Of a DNA stretch of 15,207 nucleotides, positions 1-10,531 are shown piece by piece. The first letter of the stretch is position 1. Every line of letters starts with the position of its first letter. A program made the position numbers and the translations under genes. Below the pieces are notes generated by a model, which was not told where the DNA came from, did not search any database, and saw nothing but the letters and a program-made list of their open reading frames with translations. The stretch is from Octopus sinensis. Lineage: Eukaryota. The stretch spans positions 1 through 15,207 of the forward strand of contig NW_021825645.1 of NCBI RefSeq assembly GCF_006345805.1, read 5' to 3'.

Positions 1-83
1 ATAGCACTTTCTTCTCCACCCTCGCTCTCCTTTCCAAATGATACGTTATATAAAAAAAACGATGCTTAATAAAGGTTTCAGAG

Positions 84-283
84 GGTTTCAGAGCTTCCTC
101 AAGGGCAGCCATTTTGGAGTAAGGCATAAATCAATTATATCGACCTACTTATCATTTTTATCGACCTACAAAGAATGAAAGACAAAGTCGACCTCGGCGG
201 AATTTGAACGCAGAACGGAGCGACGGGCGAAATACCGTTGAGCATTTTGTCCAGCGCGCTAACTGTTCTGCCAGTTCGCCGCC
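84..283 (-). mobile_element. tRNA-derived SINE, family A, single copy with internal deletion
   Basis: The reverse complement reads GGCGGCGAACTGGCAGAACAGTTAGCGCG...GGTATTTCG...GCGTTCAAATTCCGCCGAGGTCGACTTTG. It has A-box-like TGGCAGAA and B-box GTTCAAATTCC, and aligns by eye to the copies at 6493-7087. Confidence 0.85.
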
Positions 284-287
284 TTTG

Positions 288-330
288 TAATAATAATAAT
301 AATAATAATAATGATATTAATAATAATAAT

Positions 331-368
<38 letters not shown>
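288..368. repeat. (TAA)n microsatellite, slightly interrupted
   Basis: Direct reading of the sequence. Confidence 0.98.
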
Positions 369-370
<2 letters not shown>

Positions 371-918
371 GCCCTGATGCAGTACCAGGCAGGGCTCTCA
401 TGGCTTCTGATCTTAACTGATTGGAAGTGTTATCATGTACATTGTTTGTCTTGGTATAAAAGATGGGCTACAGCAATATTCTGCTCAATACCACAGATTT
501 GCTTGTCAGTTGTTTGACCTTAACCAGTTGAGCATGTCCCTTCGTGGCTGATGATAGGTGCATCTCTGATCACGAGCAGAAGTAGTGGGGGAGCATCATA
601 GCCATGTGTTGAGAGGATTCTTTGGGGTTTGAATATTAACCTCTGGAAACATGGGTGGTTCTTTCAACATTCTTAAACAACCTTATTCAGGGGCCGTTTG
701 AGCGGGATGGGCTACTCAACCTGAAGAAAATTCTAACTGGGCCCCACCTGCAAGGTCATATGCTGTTTATCTTGATATGAGATCACCATGTCGCGCACAT
801 ATGGTTGTGATGCATGTGCCTGGTGTACCTTTATCAGACGGGTAGTCATGATGGGTATATTGGGCTTCGTATATTTTACCCCAGTGTCACTTTGATGGCA
901 TGCACTGCTCTCTCACTC
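371..918. mobile_element. Unclassified ~550 bp non-coding interspersed element bounded by (TAA)n on both sides
   Basis: Complex sequence with sharp boundaries at AAT tracts, no credible ORF and several stems near 781-907. I recall it as an octopus interspersed repeat, but there is only one copy in this window. Confidence 0.5.
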
Positions 919-936
919 AATAATAATAATAATAAT
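919..936. repeat. (AAT)6
   Basis: Direct reading. Confidence 0.95.
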
Positions 937-1114
937 GAACTCAAGATATAGAGAAATAGTCGAAGGAGATTGAAGCAGAATGCCAAATAGAGCTCCTAAA
1001 GGGTTCTAAGCACTTGAAAGACCGCTTAAACATGTGGATACGTAAGGTTACAGACAGTAACCTTCTATCCACATAGTTCCTACGAAGAATAAGACCGAAC
1101 CTGAGCCAAACCAA
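937..1114 (+). mobile_element. Candidate 5'-truncated non-LTR retrotransposon 3' end (stem-loop followed by AAT tail)
   Basis: Lies between two AAT tracts and contains a 9 bp + 8 bp nested hairpin (1032-1074) about 40 nt before an (AAT)21 tract. The decayed ...GCCAAA...GTTCTAAGCACTTGA faintly resembles the AKILRKVLS* C-terminus of restriction-like-endonuclease LINEs. Confidence 0.35.

Positions 1115-1177
<63 letters not shown>
1115..1177. repeat. (AAT)21 perfect microsatellite
   Basis: Direct reading. Confidence 0.98.
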
Positions 1178-1189
1178 CCTACGCAGATT

Positions 1190-1345
1190 TTTGCGGGGGT
1201 GGTTATTTGATTAAGTCGAGCCCAGCAGTTGACTGGTATTTATTTTATCGAACCGAAAATGAACGAAAAGCAAAGTTAGTCTTGCGGCATTTGGAACTGA
1301 CGACATAAAGAGAACCTGAAGGAATGCGGCGAAGGAGTTTGCTGG
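1190..1345 (-). mobile_element. Diverged family A SINE fragment
   Basis: AAGTCGAGCCCAGCAGTTGACTGGTATTTATTTTATCGAACC...GAAAAGCAAAGTT...GCGGCATTTGGAACT aligns to the reverse complement of 6901-7040. Confidence 0.65.
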
Positions 1346-1383
1346 GCAAGTAATATAAGAAGAAAGAAAAAGGACGACGATGA

Positions 1384-1518
1384 TGAAGAAGAAGAAGAAG
1401 AAGAAGAAGAAGTGGAAGAAGGAAAAGAAGAAGAAGAAGAAGAAGAAGAAGGAGAAGAAAAAGAAGAAGAAGAAGAAGAAGAAGAAGAAGAAGAAGAAGA
1501 AGAAGAAGAAGAAGAAGA
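1384..1518. repeat. (GAA)n microsatellite with interruptions
   Basis: Direct reading. It explains the poly-F/L/S ORFs at 1211-1635. Confidence 0.97.
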
Positions 1519-1639
1519 AAAAGAGAGAGTAAGAATATTGAAGGAACGAAAGGAAGAGTGACAAGGAAAAAGAAGAACGTCATAAAAGAAAAAGAAAGAA
1601 CAAAATGAAAAAGTAGAGGATGGATTAGATTTCAACAGA

Positions 1640-2390
<751 letters not shown>

Positions 2391-2587
2391 AAGGCAAAGA
2401 GGGAGAGTTAAATTGATGGAGAGATAATTTGATAGATAGATGACGGACATCGTGAGAAAGAGAGAGAGAAAGAAAAAAGGAAGAAAGAAAGAGAGACTGA
2501 GAATGATGAAAATAGGGAACTGACTTACCTGGGTAAGAAGGTAGAAGGTTTTTTGTTTTGTTCTCTGTTAGTATTTTAAATAAATGC

Positions 2588-2657
2588 AATTGTTGTTGTT
2601 GTATTTAGTAGTAGTAGTTGTTGGTTGTTATTGTTCGTTGGTTGTTGTTGTTGTTGT
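2588..2657. repeat. Imperfect (GTT)/(GTA)n
   Basis: Direct reading. Confidence 0.85.
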
Positions 2658-3379
2658 GGCAGTTGTATTGTTTAAATATATTCATTGAAAAATGTTTCTC
2701 TTTTTGTTTTTTAAGATACTTGGCTGTGTTCTTTTCTTCTCCTTCTTTCTCTTCTTCTTCACCTGCCGGCTTGTTTCGCCTCTCCAAATACGACAGCGTG
2801 CCCATCCACTTGAACGATTTTTGATGGGTGATGAAGCAGCTGATACAGTCGCCAGCAACACTCTCACAGAATGTAAAAAAAAAAAAATTTACCACTTGCA
2901 GTCTTATCAGTGCCTCTGCAAATATTATTAAAAAATAATATTCAGTTGAACGGAGCTGTAACAACGAAATCTCTGCTACACACTAACATTATAATATAAA
3001 CCTACATACACACAGAAACAGAGAAAAAATATAAATATATTCATATATATACCTATGACCATATATACATTCATACATACATATACCTCCTTAGAAATGT
3101 CAGTATTGATCCGATATACATAGCCACATGCTTGCAGTTTATCAGATTTTATGTAAGAAGGCGTGTGATACCAGTTTTTGCAGAATTCAAGTATTCATGT
3201 ATAGGACTGGCATAACAGATTTTGTCGCTGTGTAAGTCTAAATAAAATATTTCCTTATATATATGTACAGACGCACTTTAAAACACACACACATATATGT
3301 ACACATTTATTTGCATACAACCGTCGTAAATCAAAAATTTGTTCATCTGTAGATTGTACTTTTTACTCATGCGTTGAAA

Positions 3380-3810
3380 GATAGGCCAGGCTACCGCATC
3401 CCAAAGCAGTTCTCCTGTAACGAACACTATCAGGAAAAACCCGCTGATGCGGGGCCAAAGAAGAGGCTGAAGCACTGCATAGAACTATCTCTAAAATACC
3501 TGAGTATCGTACTAGAATCCTAGGGAAAGCTTGTCCCCAAATTACTCCCCCGGAACAGTTTAATTTATAGGGGTGTCCAAGCAACAAGCAGCAACAGAAC
3601 TGCGGTTACTGAGAGGAAACGTCTACTTAGCAAACTTAAAGCTACAAGTGTCCCTCGTATGGCACCTTGATGCGAAGTAGGATTCCTCTCTCGTTTGGTC
3701 TGCTAGGACTCATACGTCACGTCCGAGCGAGGCAGACCCAACCTGCCCACTCATCTAGATATACAAGCCGGTTTTGCGTTGAGGTTATCGTCTTCGACAA
3801 GGACAAAAAT
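3380..3810 (+). mobile_element. Decayed 3' fragment of an RTE-clade LINE (ORF C-terminus plus 3' UTR)
   Basis: The frame from 3392 gives YRIPKQFSCNEHYQEKPADAGPKKRLKHCIELSLKYLSIVLES*GKLVPKLLPRNSLIYRGVQATSSNRTAVTERKRLLSKLKATSVPRMAP*CEVGFLSR. This matches the RTE C-terminal pattern RIPKQ...GG.KKR.KD.LK.SLK....ESWE.LA..R..WR..I..G....E..R....E.KR..RK followed by a C2H2-like CxxCxxxFxSRxGLxxH. In-frame stops lie at 3521 and 3668, and it ends in the RTE-like ATCGTCTTCGACAAGGAC. Confidence 0.8.
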
Positions 3811-3943
3811 TGATACATACTCATACACACGTCGACATGTATGTATGTGTGTATATATATATCTATATATAGGTATGTGTATGTATGTATGTATGTATGA
3901 ACGTATGTATTTATGTATGTATATATGTATGTATGTATGTAAG

Positions 3944-4000
<57 letters not shown>

Positions 4001-4070
4001 GTAATATTGCGTGCGTATGCAATAAATATATATATATATATATATATGAAATTCTAGCATAGAAATTATT
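3811..4070. repeat. Compound microsatellite (ATGT)n-(CT)n-(AT)n
   Basis: Direct reading. Confidence 0.95.
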
Positions 4071-4409
4071 AGCACATGTATGTATACAGATATAGATATA
4101 TAAATACCTATACGCAGGCACACACGATGCCTAGACGCTGTACAACAGACCTGTGTATATAAATGTGTATGTGTGTTTATGTTCAAAATTATTCATCAAT
4201 TGATCAACCAATGGACTTGTAGTTTTTTCGGCCCCGAAGCCACCGTTCACCATGTCGACTAATTGTGAAACCCGTGTCCATCCGAAGATCACTGTCTATG
4301 GAGGACTTTATTTACAATGTGACCCATAATTATTGAAGATTGAGGGTCATTATTTGAGGGGGGAAAATTTGGTGCGATTTCTAGTGGGTGGGCTAGCATG
4401 ATGTTACAA

Positions 4410-4839
<430 letters not shown>

Positions 4840-5529
4840 TCAGGGAGAGAGTGATATTTATGTACATATTTGTTTGTGCATATCTGTGTATATATGTGTG
4901 TATTTGCGCAGGTGTGTGGAGAGGTGTTGCTGCGTGTCTTTATATTAGAATCTAACAGTTCGCCCGGCTTACTATTTTGGCAGAAGGAGATTATCACTTT
5001 TTGATATAATAAAGATAGTACGTCCACTCATTGTTGACATCTATATCATATAACTTTTGCACTGTGTATAATATATATTTCCATCTATGTTACACACACA
5101 TGCTCACAAAGGTACATGAACACACAAAACATATTCAGAAAGTAACAGTTTCACGAGGACTTACAAGTTTTCGTTCGTAATATTTAGCTAAAAAATCTTC
5201 TAAAAATATTGCTATATAGTCACACAGGAACCGTATTAATCTCCGTAATCAGCAAGAAAACATGGCAACATTAATATTGTAACTCCTAAGTTTGGTTCCC
5301 TATAAGGATTTCTTCACATACATAAATAAAAAAGCGTGAGAATCTTCACGAACCTTCCATCCACAGAACAGTATCCGCTTGTTACAAGTGAAACATGAAG
5401 CCTTCACTTTATAGCGGGAAACTGGAGATAAAATGTAAGGTACCTGTTGATGTAGAGTATAAGCGTGAAATACACCCGTTGCGTATTAACATGTCTACGG
5501 ATTTTCACACTTCTATTTGTGCGTGCCTT

Positions 5530-5620
5530 TCTATGTATCTATCTATCTATCTGTATATACATGTCTGTCTCTCTGTGTCTCTCTATCTCTGTCTGCCTGT
5601 CTGTCTGTCTGGCTCTCTCA

Positions 5621-5664
<44 letters not shown>

Positions 5665-5829
5665 CTATCTATTTATTTATCTGTCTGTCTGCCTGTCTCT
5701 TTATGTATCTATCTGTACTGTCTGTCTACCTACCTACCTACATACCTACCTACTTAAATACCTACCCTATCTAGCTATCTATCTAGCTATCTATCTAGCT
5801 ATATAGACATGTCTGTCTGTCTGTCTGTT

Positions 5830-5864
<35 letters not shown>

Positions 5865-6020
5865 ATCTATCTATTTATCTGTATGTCTGTCTGTCTATCT
5901 ATTTATCCATCTGTACTGTCCGTCTATCTATCTATCTAACTACCTACCTACCTACCTACCCATCTACCTACCCACCTACCTGCCTACCTACTTACTCTGT
6001 CTATCTATCTATCTATCTAT
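5530..6020. repeat. Compound (ATCT)/(GTCT)/(CT)/(TACC)n block, including three TAGCTATCTATC-type units near 5770-5805
   Basis: Direct reading. Confidence 0.95.
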
Positions 6021-6119
6021 TCCCCCCTTTTTTGTCCTCTGTCTTTCCCTTTACGATCCCTTTTGATCGAAAACATAACCCCCTTTTTTTACCCCCAAAA
6101 GAAAAGCTCTACCTTGTAA

Positions 6120-6191
6120 TTTGCCCTGTCTGTGTGCAGCCCTGTGTGGCTAATAAAGAAACATATCTATCCGTGTGGCTAATACAGAAAC
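6120..6191 (+). mobile_element. Orphan family-A-like SINE tail with partial tandem duplication
   Basis: TGCCCTGTCTGTGTGCAGCCCTGTGTGGCTAATAAAGAAAC resembles the tails at 6661-6702 and 6845-6887. GTGTGGCTAATA(A/C)AGAAAC occurs at 6144-6162 and 6173-6191. Confidence 0.5.
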
Positions 6192-6492
6192 TTACCTATA
6201 TATATATCTACATGTATGTGTGTGTATGTGTAAATTTGTGTGTAACATAGAAATGGTGAAGCTTGTAAGAGGCATCAAAATATGTCAGCGGGTGGGGAAG
6301 GGAGCCTAGAAACTTTACACTGCGTAGTTTCCTCAGTATATATTCTTCGTTTCTTAAAACAAACTTTTATATATGCGTACATTTAGTTGTGTCTGTGCAT
6401 ATGTGTAAGTTTAGCTGTTCACTGTTGCGTTGTCTTTCCAACTAAAATGTTTTCTTTTAGACATATACGTTGTACACAGCCTCGAATCTCGA

Positions 6493-7087
6493 ACCTGACA
6501 GAAACGTTAGCACGCCGGGCGAAATGCTGAGCGGTATTTCGTCTGTCGTTACGTTCTGAGTTCAAATTCCGCCGAGGTCGACTTTACCTTTCATCCTTTC
6601 GGGGTCGATTAAATATGTACCAGTTACGCACTGGGGTCGATATAATCGACTTAATCCGTTTGTCCCCTCTGCGTGTAGCTCCTTGTGGGTAGTACAGAAA
6701 TAGGTATTTCGTCTGCCTTTACGTTCTGAGTTCAAATTCCGCCGAGGTCGACTTAGCTTTTCATTCTTTCGGGGTCGATAAATTAAGTACCAGTTACGCA
6801 CTGAAGTCGATGTAATCTACTTAATCCCTTCGTCTGTCTTTGTTTGTGCCCTCTATGTTTAGCCCCTTTGTGGGCAATAAAGAAATAAGAAACTTTAGCA
6901 CGCCGGGCGAAATGCTTAGTGGCATCTCGTCTATCTTTATGTTCTGAGTTCAAATTCCGCGAAAGGTTGACTTTGCTTTTCATCGTTTCGAGGTTGATAA
7001 ATTAAGTACCAGTTGCGTACTGGGGTCGGCCAAATCGACTGCCCCCTCGCCCCCAAAATTTCGGGCCTTGTGCCTAGAGTAGAAAAG
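6493..7087 (+). mobile_element. Head-to-tail trimeric family A SINE (units about 6493-6701, 6703-6886, 6887-7087)
   Basis: Three near-identical bodies GTTCTGAGTTCAAATTCCGC...GTCGAT...GTACCAGTT.CG.ACTG with B-boxes at 6560, 6730 and 6948. Units 1 and 2 share one tail type and unit 3 has another. Confidence 0.93.
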
Positions 7088-7276
7088 TATATCGAATCTA
7101 TCTCGTATATATAAAGAATAACGAATTCTTTCAAATACGTATAAATAGTCAAATGTACTCTTTTTATTCTAACTTTTGTGGCGCTCCTGATTAGACCTTC
7201 CTGATTAGACCTGGATCCGTTCAGAAACCGCTAAGATACTTCTTCATAGAGCGATTTTCTTCTATCGTTTATCCTA

Positions 7277-7661
7277 TACTTGTTTCAATCATTAGACTGC
7301 GGCCATGCTAACGACACCACATTGAAGGGTCTTAATTGAATAAAGGGAACCCAAGAAAAATTTTTATAGCCTAGCTCTTATTCTATCGTCCCCTTTCGCC
7401 GAAACGGCTGAATTACGGGGTCGTAAACACAACTGCACTGATTGTTTAACGGCGGTAGGGGACAAACAGAGGCACTGACACACACGCACATCCACCTACA
7501 CATACATATATATAAGGCGGGCTTCTTTCAATTTCGGTCTACCAGATCCACTCACAAGGCATTGGTTGGTCCGAGGCAATAGTAGAACATACTTGCTGGA
7601 GGTGCCATGCGGTGGGAGTGAACCCGGAACCATGTGGTTGGGAATCAAGCTTCTTAACACT
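7277..7661 (-). mobile_element. Family B SINE (tRNA head + CORE-like segment + TA/TG linker + 3' module), diverged
   Basis: The reverse complement aligns with 11123-11530 across the head, the microsatellite linker and the GCATGGCCGCAGTC.AATGA tail. Confidence 0.88.
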
Positions 7662-8310
7662 ACATTTGTTATACTTTATAGCTCTCAGCTCTCCTTTTAT
7701 CCGACAGAACAATGAAGAAATATGGTTTAGAATTAAACCTTCCTTTTTTTCTTCTTCTAATATAGTGTAACCAAAAGCACACAATCGACCGTGCCCTTGC
7801 GCTTTTACTCAGATGCGACTGCCTATCTTTTAGACGATAAGCTGCTATTTCTAGCAAGTAAATCACCCACTTCTATCATACATGCACACGCTGAAAGGGA
7901 AACACGAGGAGACTCTATATAGAGTTTTCCTTCATATTTTCTCTTCTTTTTCTCTTCATGCAAATAAACCTGCTGGAGATAATCACTCTGTTCAATATAA
8001 CTACGGGAGGAATTAAAAATCACTGTTGCAGTTTAACGAAGCACAATTATTATATTACAAATATTACTGAAAGAAGGACACAGGGTCGGGAGAACCAGGG
8101 GAGCGTCGGGAACAAAATACTTGGTGTTATTTGATAGTCGTTCAGAGTTCGATTCAATCGGGGTCAATATTTTTCCGCCGTTCTCTCCAAGGGGCAATAC
8201 AAAGACGATTAAAGCAAGGGTTTGCATTAATCGCCTTTACACCGTATAATCAATTACGGCGTGGAGCATAATAATGATAGAAACAACAAATTTTACATAC
8301 AGTAAGGACA

Positions 8311-8459
8311 ATGGTAAAATCGTTAGAGGTGTTTCATATGAGGTCCTGAGTTCAAATCCCATCCGGTTCAACTTTGCCTTTCCTTATTCCAGGGCCGATG
8401 AAATAAAAAAGAAGGGGAGTAGTAGTACGAGGGTAAAATGTGATAGACTATACCCACCT
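8311..8459 (+). mobile_element. Old, highly diverged family A SINE remnant
   Basis: TGGTAAAATCGTTAG...CTGAGTTCAAATCCC...CAACTTTGCCTTTC...GGGCCGATGAAATAA is collinear with 6500-6615. Confidence 0.6.
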
Positions 8460-8645
8460 GTGTTCAGGTAACCTATTACGTTGATACGATTCGGGGCCGT
8501 GGCCGGAACAAGACTTGAACCATTGATCTAGTGGACCGGGCGCCTACTTCCTTATACACGCAGTACTAAGCATATATGGATATTTATAAATGTACGGATA
8601 TTTATAAACTCTTCCTTGAGAAAGGCTAAACGCATGTAAGAAAGC

Positions 8646-8648
<3 letters not shown>

Positions 8649-8690
<42 letters not shown>

Positions 8691-8750
8691 AAGCACAGAC
8701 ACACAAGCACATACACACAAGCACAGACACACAGGCACATACACACGCAA
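8649..8750. repeat. (AC)n grading into ACACAAGC/ACAGAC variants
   Basis: Direct reading. Confidence 0.9.
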
Positions 8751-9039
8751 AAACCATTCATACATGCGCATGTTAATAAATATATGCCTTCTCACAGACA
8801 AGTACGTACGTTTGTGTATATATCGATGTATCTGTACGTTATGTATATGAATGTATGCACATATATGTCTGTCTGTGTATATATGTATGTATATATACAT
8901 AACTTGCACATAGACGAAATCTATAATATTGCCGCATATGTTACACAAATGCGTACACATTCATACATATATACACGCATATATACATATATACATACAT
9001 ATAATATGTCATAGATACAGAAATATATACAATATAAAA

Positions 9040-9121
9040 CTGGATAGATATATAGATAGACAGATAGATAGATAGATAGATAGATATAAAGACAGTCAGA
9101 CAAGCAGAAAGACAGACAGAC

Positions 9122-9186
<65 letters not shown>

Positions 9187-9245
9187 CAAAGAAAGACAAG
9201 GAGACAGATAGACATATACAGTGATAGACAGATAGATAGACAAGC

Positions 9246-9296
<51 letters not shown>

Positions 9297-9339
9297 CAGA
9301 CCAGCAGACAGACAAATAGATAGACAGAGAGAAGGACAA

Positions 9340-9377
<38 letters not shown>

Positions 9378-9382
9378 GGATG

Positions 9383-9420
<38 letters not shown>

Positions 9421-9421
9421 C

Positions 9422-9478
<57 letters not shown>
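9040..9478. repeat. Long (AGAT)n / (AGAC)n tetranucleotide block
   Basis: Direct reading. It produces the IYLS/SIYL pseudo-ORFs. Confidence 0.97.
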
Positions 9479-9734
9479 CACTTACATTTACGCATAATCT
9501 TATGTATGTATGTTTGTATGGCAAGTAGAACTTTTCCGATTGGCTGATAGAAATACCAGGTATGAATGCTACGGAAAATCAACATGTATTAGAAAAAGCC
9601 GTGTGTGAGTATGCGTAACGTTGTTGAATGTGTAGGTGGGTATACATACACGCATGTATTTAGGTATCTATTTACGCACGTATAGTCATGAAATGCAACG
9701 GAATATGGAAAATAATTTGGCTTTCTTTCTGTTT

Positions 9735-9890
9735 TGGTTGGGTGATTAAGAAAAAGTTCACTTCACAACAGCGTAGGTTCGTGTTCAGTTCCACAGCGTG
9801 GCACCTTGGATAAGTGTCTTCTACTATAGCCTCGGGCCGACCAAAGCCTTGTGAATCGATTTGGTAGAGGGAAACTGAAAGAAGCCCGTC

Positions 9891-9892
<2 letters not shown>
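9735..9892 (+). mobile_element. Family B SINE head only, ending in (TA)n
   Basis: GCGTGGCACCTTGGATAAGTGTCTTCTACTATAGCCTCGGGCCGACCAAAGCC...GAAAGAAGCCCGTCG. The ACCTTGG.(C/T)AAGT..CTT segment resembles the MIR/CORE-SINE core. An octopus CORE-SINE (OR2) is known, but the assignment is unverified. Confidence 0.9.
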
Positions 9893-9922
<30 letters not shown>

Positions 9923-9925
<3 letters not shown>

Positions 9926-10040
9926 CCTGCTCGCTTAGCCAGCGGGGTGGCGTCATTCGAAGGCTAAAACAATGCGAACGCATTGTGACCAGCGATGTGT
10001 AACAACATCTGATGGTCTGGTCGGTCACGTGATCACGTGA
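9923..10040. mobile_element. Short structured element embedded in (TA)n
   Basis: 118 bp of GC-richer sequence flanked by (TA)n on both sides, containing two hairpins and a 16 bp terminal palindrome. Confidence 0.5.
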
Positions 10041-10100
10041 TATATATATATATATATATATACATATGTATGTGTGCGTGCGTGTTGTATGTGTATATAT

Positions 10101-10440
10101 TACTCTTTTACTCGTTTACTTGTTTCTGTCATTTGACTGCAGCCATGCTGGAGCACCGCCTTTAGTGAGCAAATCGACCCCGGGACTTATTCTTTGTAAG
10201 CCTAGTACTTATTCTATGGGTCCCTTTTGCCGAACCGCTAAGTGACGGTGACATAACACACATATATGAATATATACGACGGGCTTCTTTCAGTTTCCGT
10301 CTACTAAATCCACTCACAAGGCTCTGGTCGGCCCGAGGCTATAGTAGAAGACACTTACCCAAGATGCCAGGCAGTGGGACTGAACCCGGAACCATGTGGT
10401 TGGTAAGCAAGCTACTTACCACACAGCCACTCCTGCGCCT
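10101..10440 (-). mobile_element. Family B SINE, near full length, with a deletion in the 3' module
   Basis: Reverse complement AGGCGCAGGAGTGGCTGTGTGGTAAGTAGC...GGGTTCAGTCCC...; the head is about 90% identical by eye to 11123-11288. Confidence 0.95.
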
Positions 10441-10478
10441 ATAGCCACTCCTGTATATATGTATATAAACAGACACAT

Positions 10479-10531
<53 letters not shown>

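Noticed and set aside
548-727. Plus-strand hammerhead cores CTGATGA (548) and CTGAAGA (721)
   Set aside because: Neither is followed by a hairpin plus GAAA at a usable distance.
2763-2862. Minus-strand exon (VAGDCISCFITHQKSFKWMGTLSYLERRNKPA)
   Set aside because: The first AG after the T tract is a GAG acceptor, the donor GTGAAG is weak and the peptide is unrecognised.
6493-7087. CRISPR-like array or satellite
   Set aside because: The units are ~185-210 bp near-identical SINE bodies with Pol III boxes. There are no short repeats with unique spacers and no cas genes.
7912-7925. 14 bp palindrome ACTCTATATAGAGT
   Set aside because: Isolated and built on a TA core, so plausible by chance here.
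8120-8545. Extra SINE remnants at about 8120-8180 (+) and 8480-8545 (-) with B-box-like words
   Set aside because: The similarity is limited to a B-box-like 10-mer and too degraded to call by eye.
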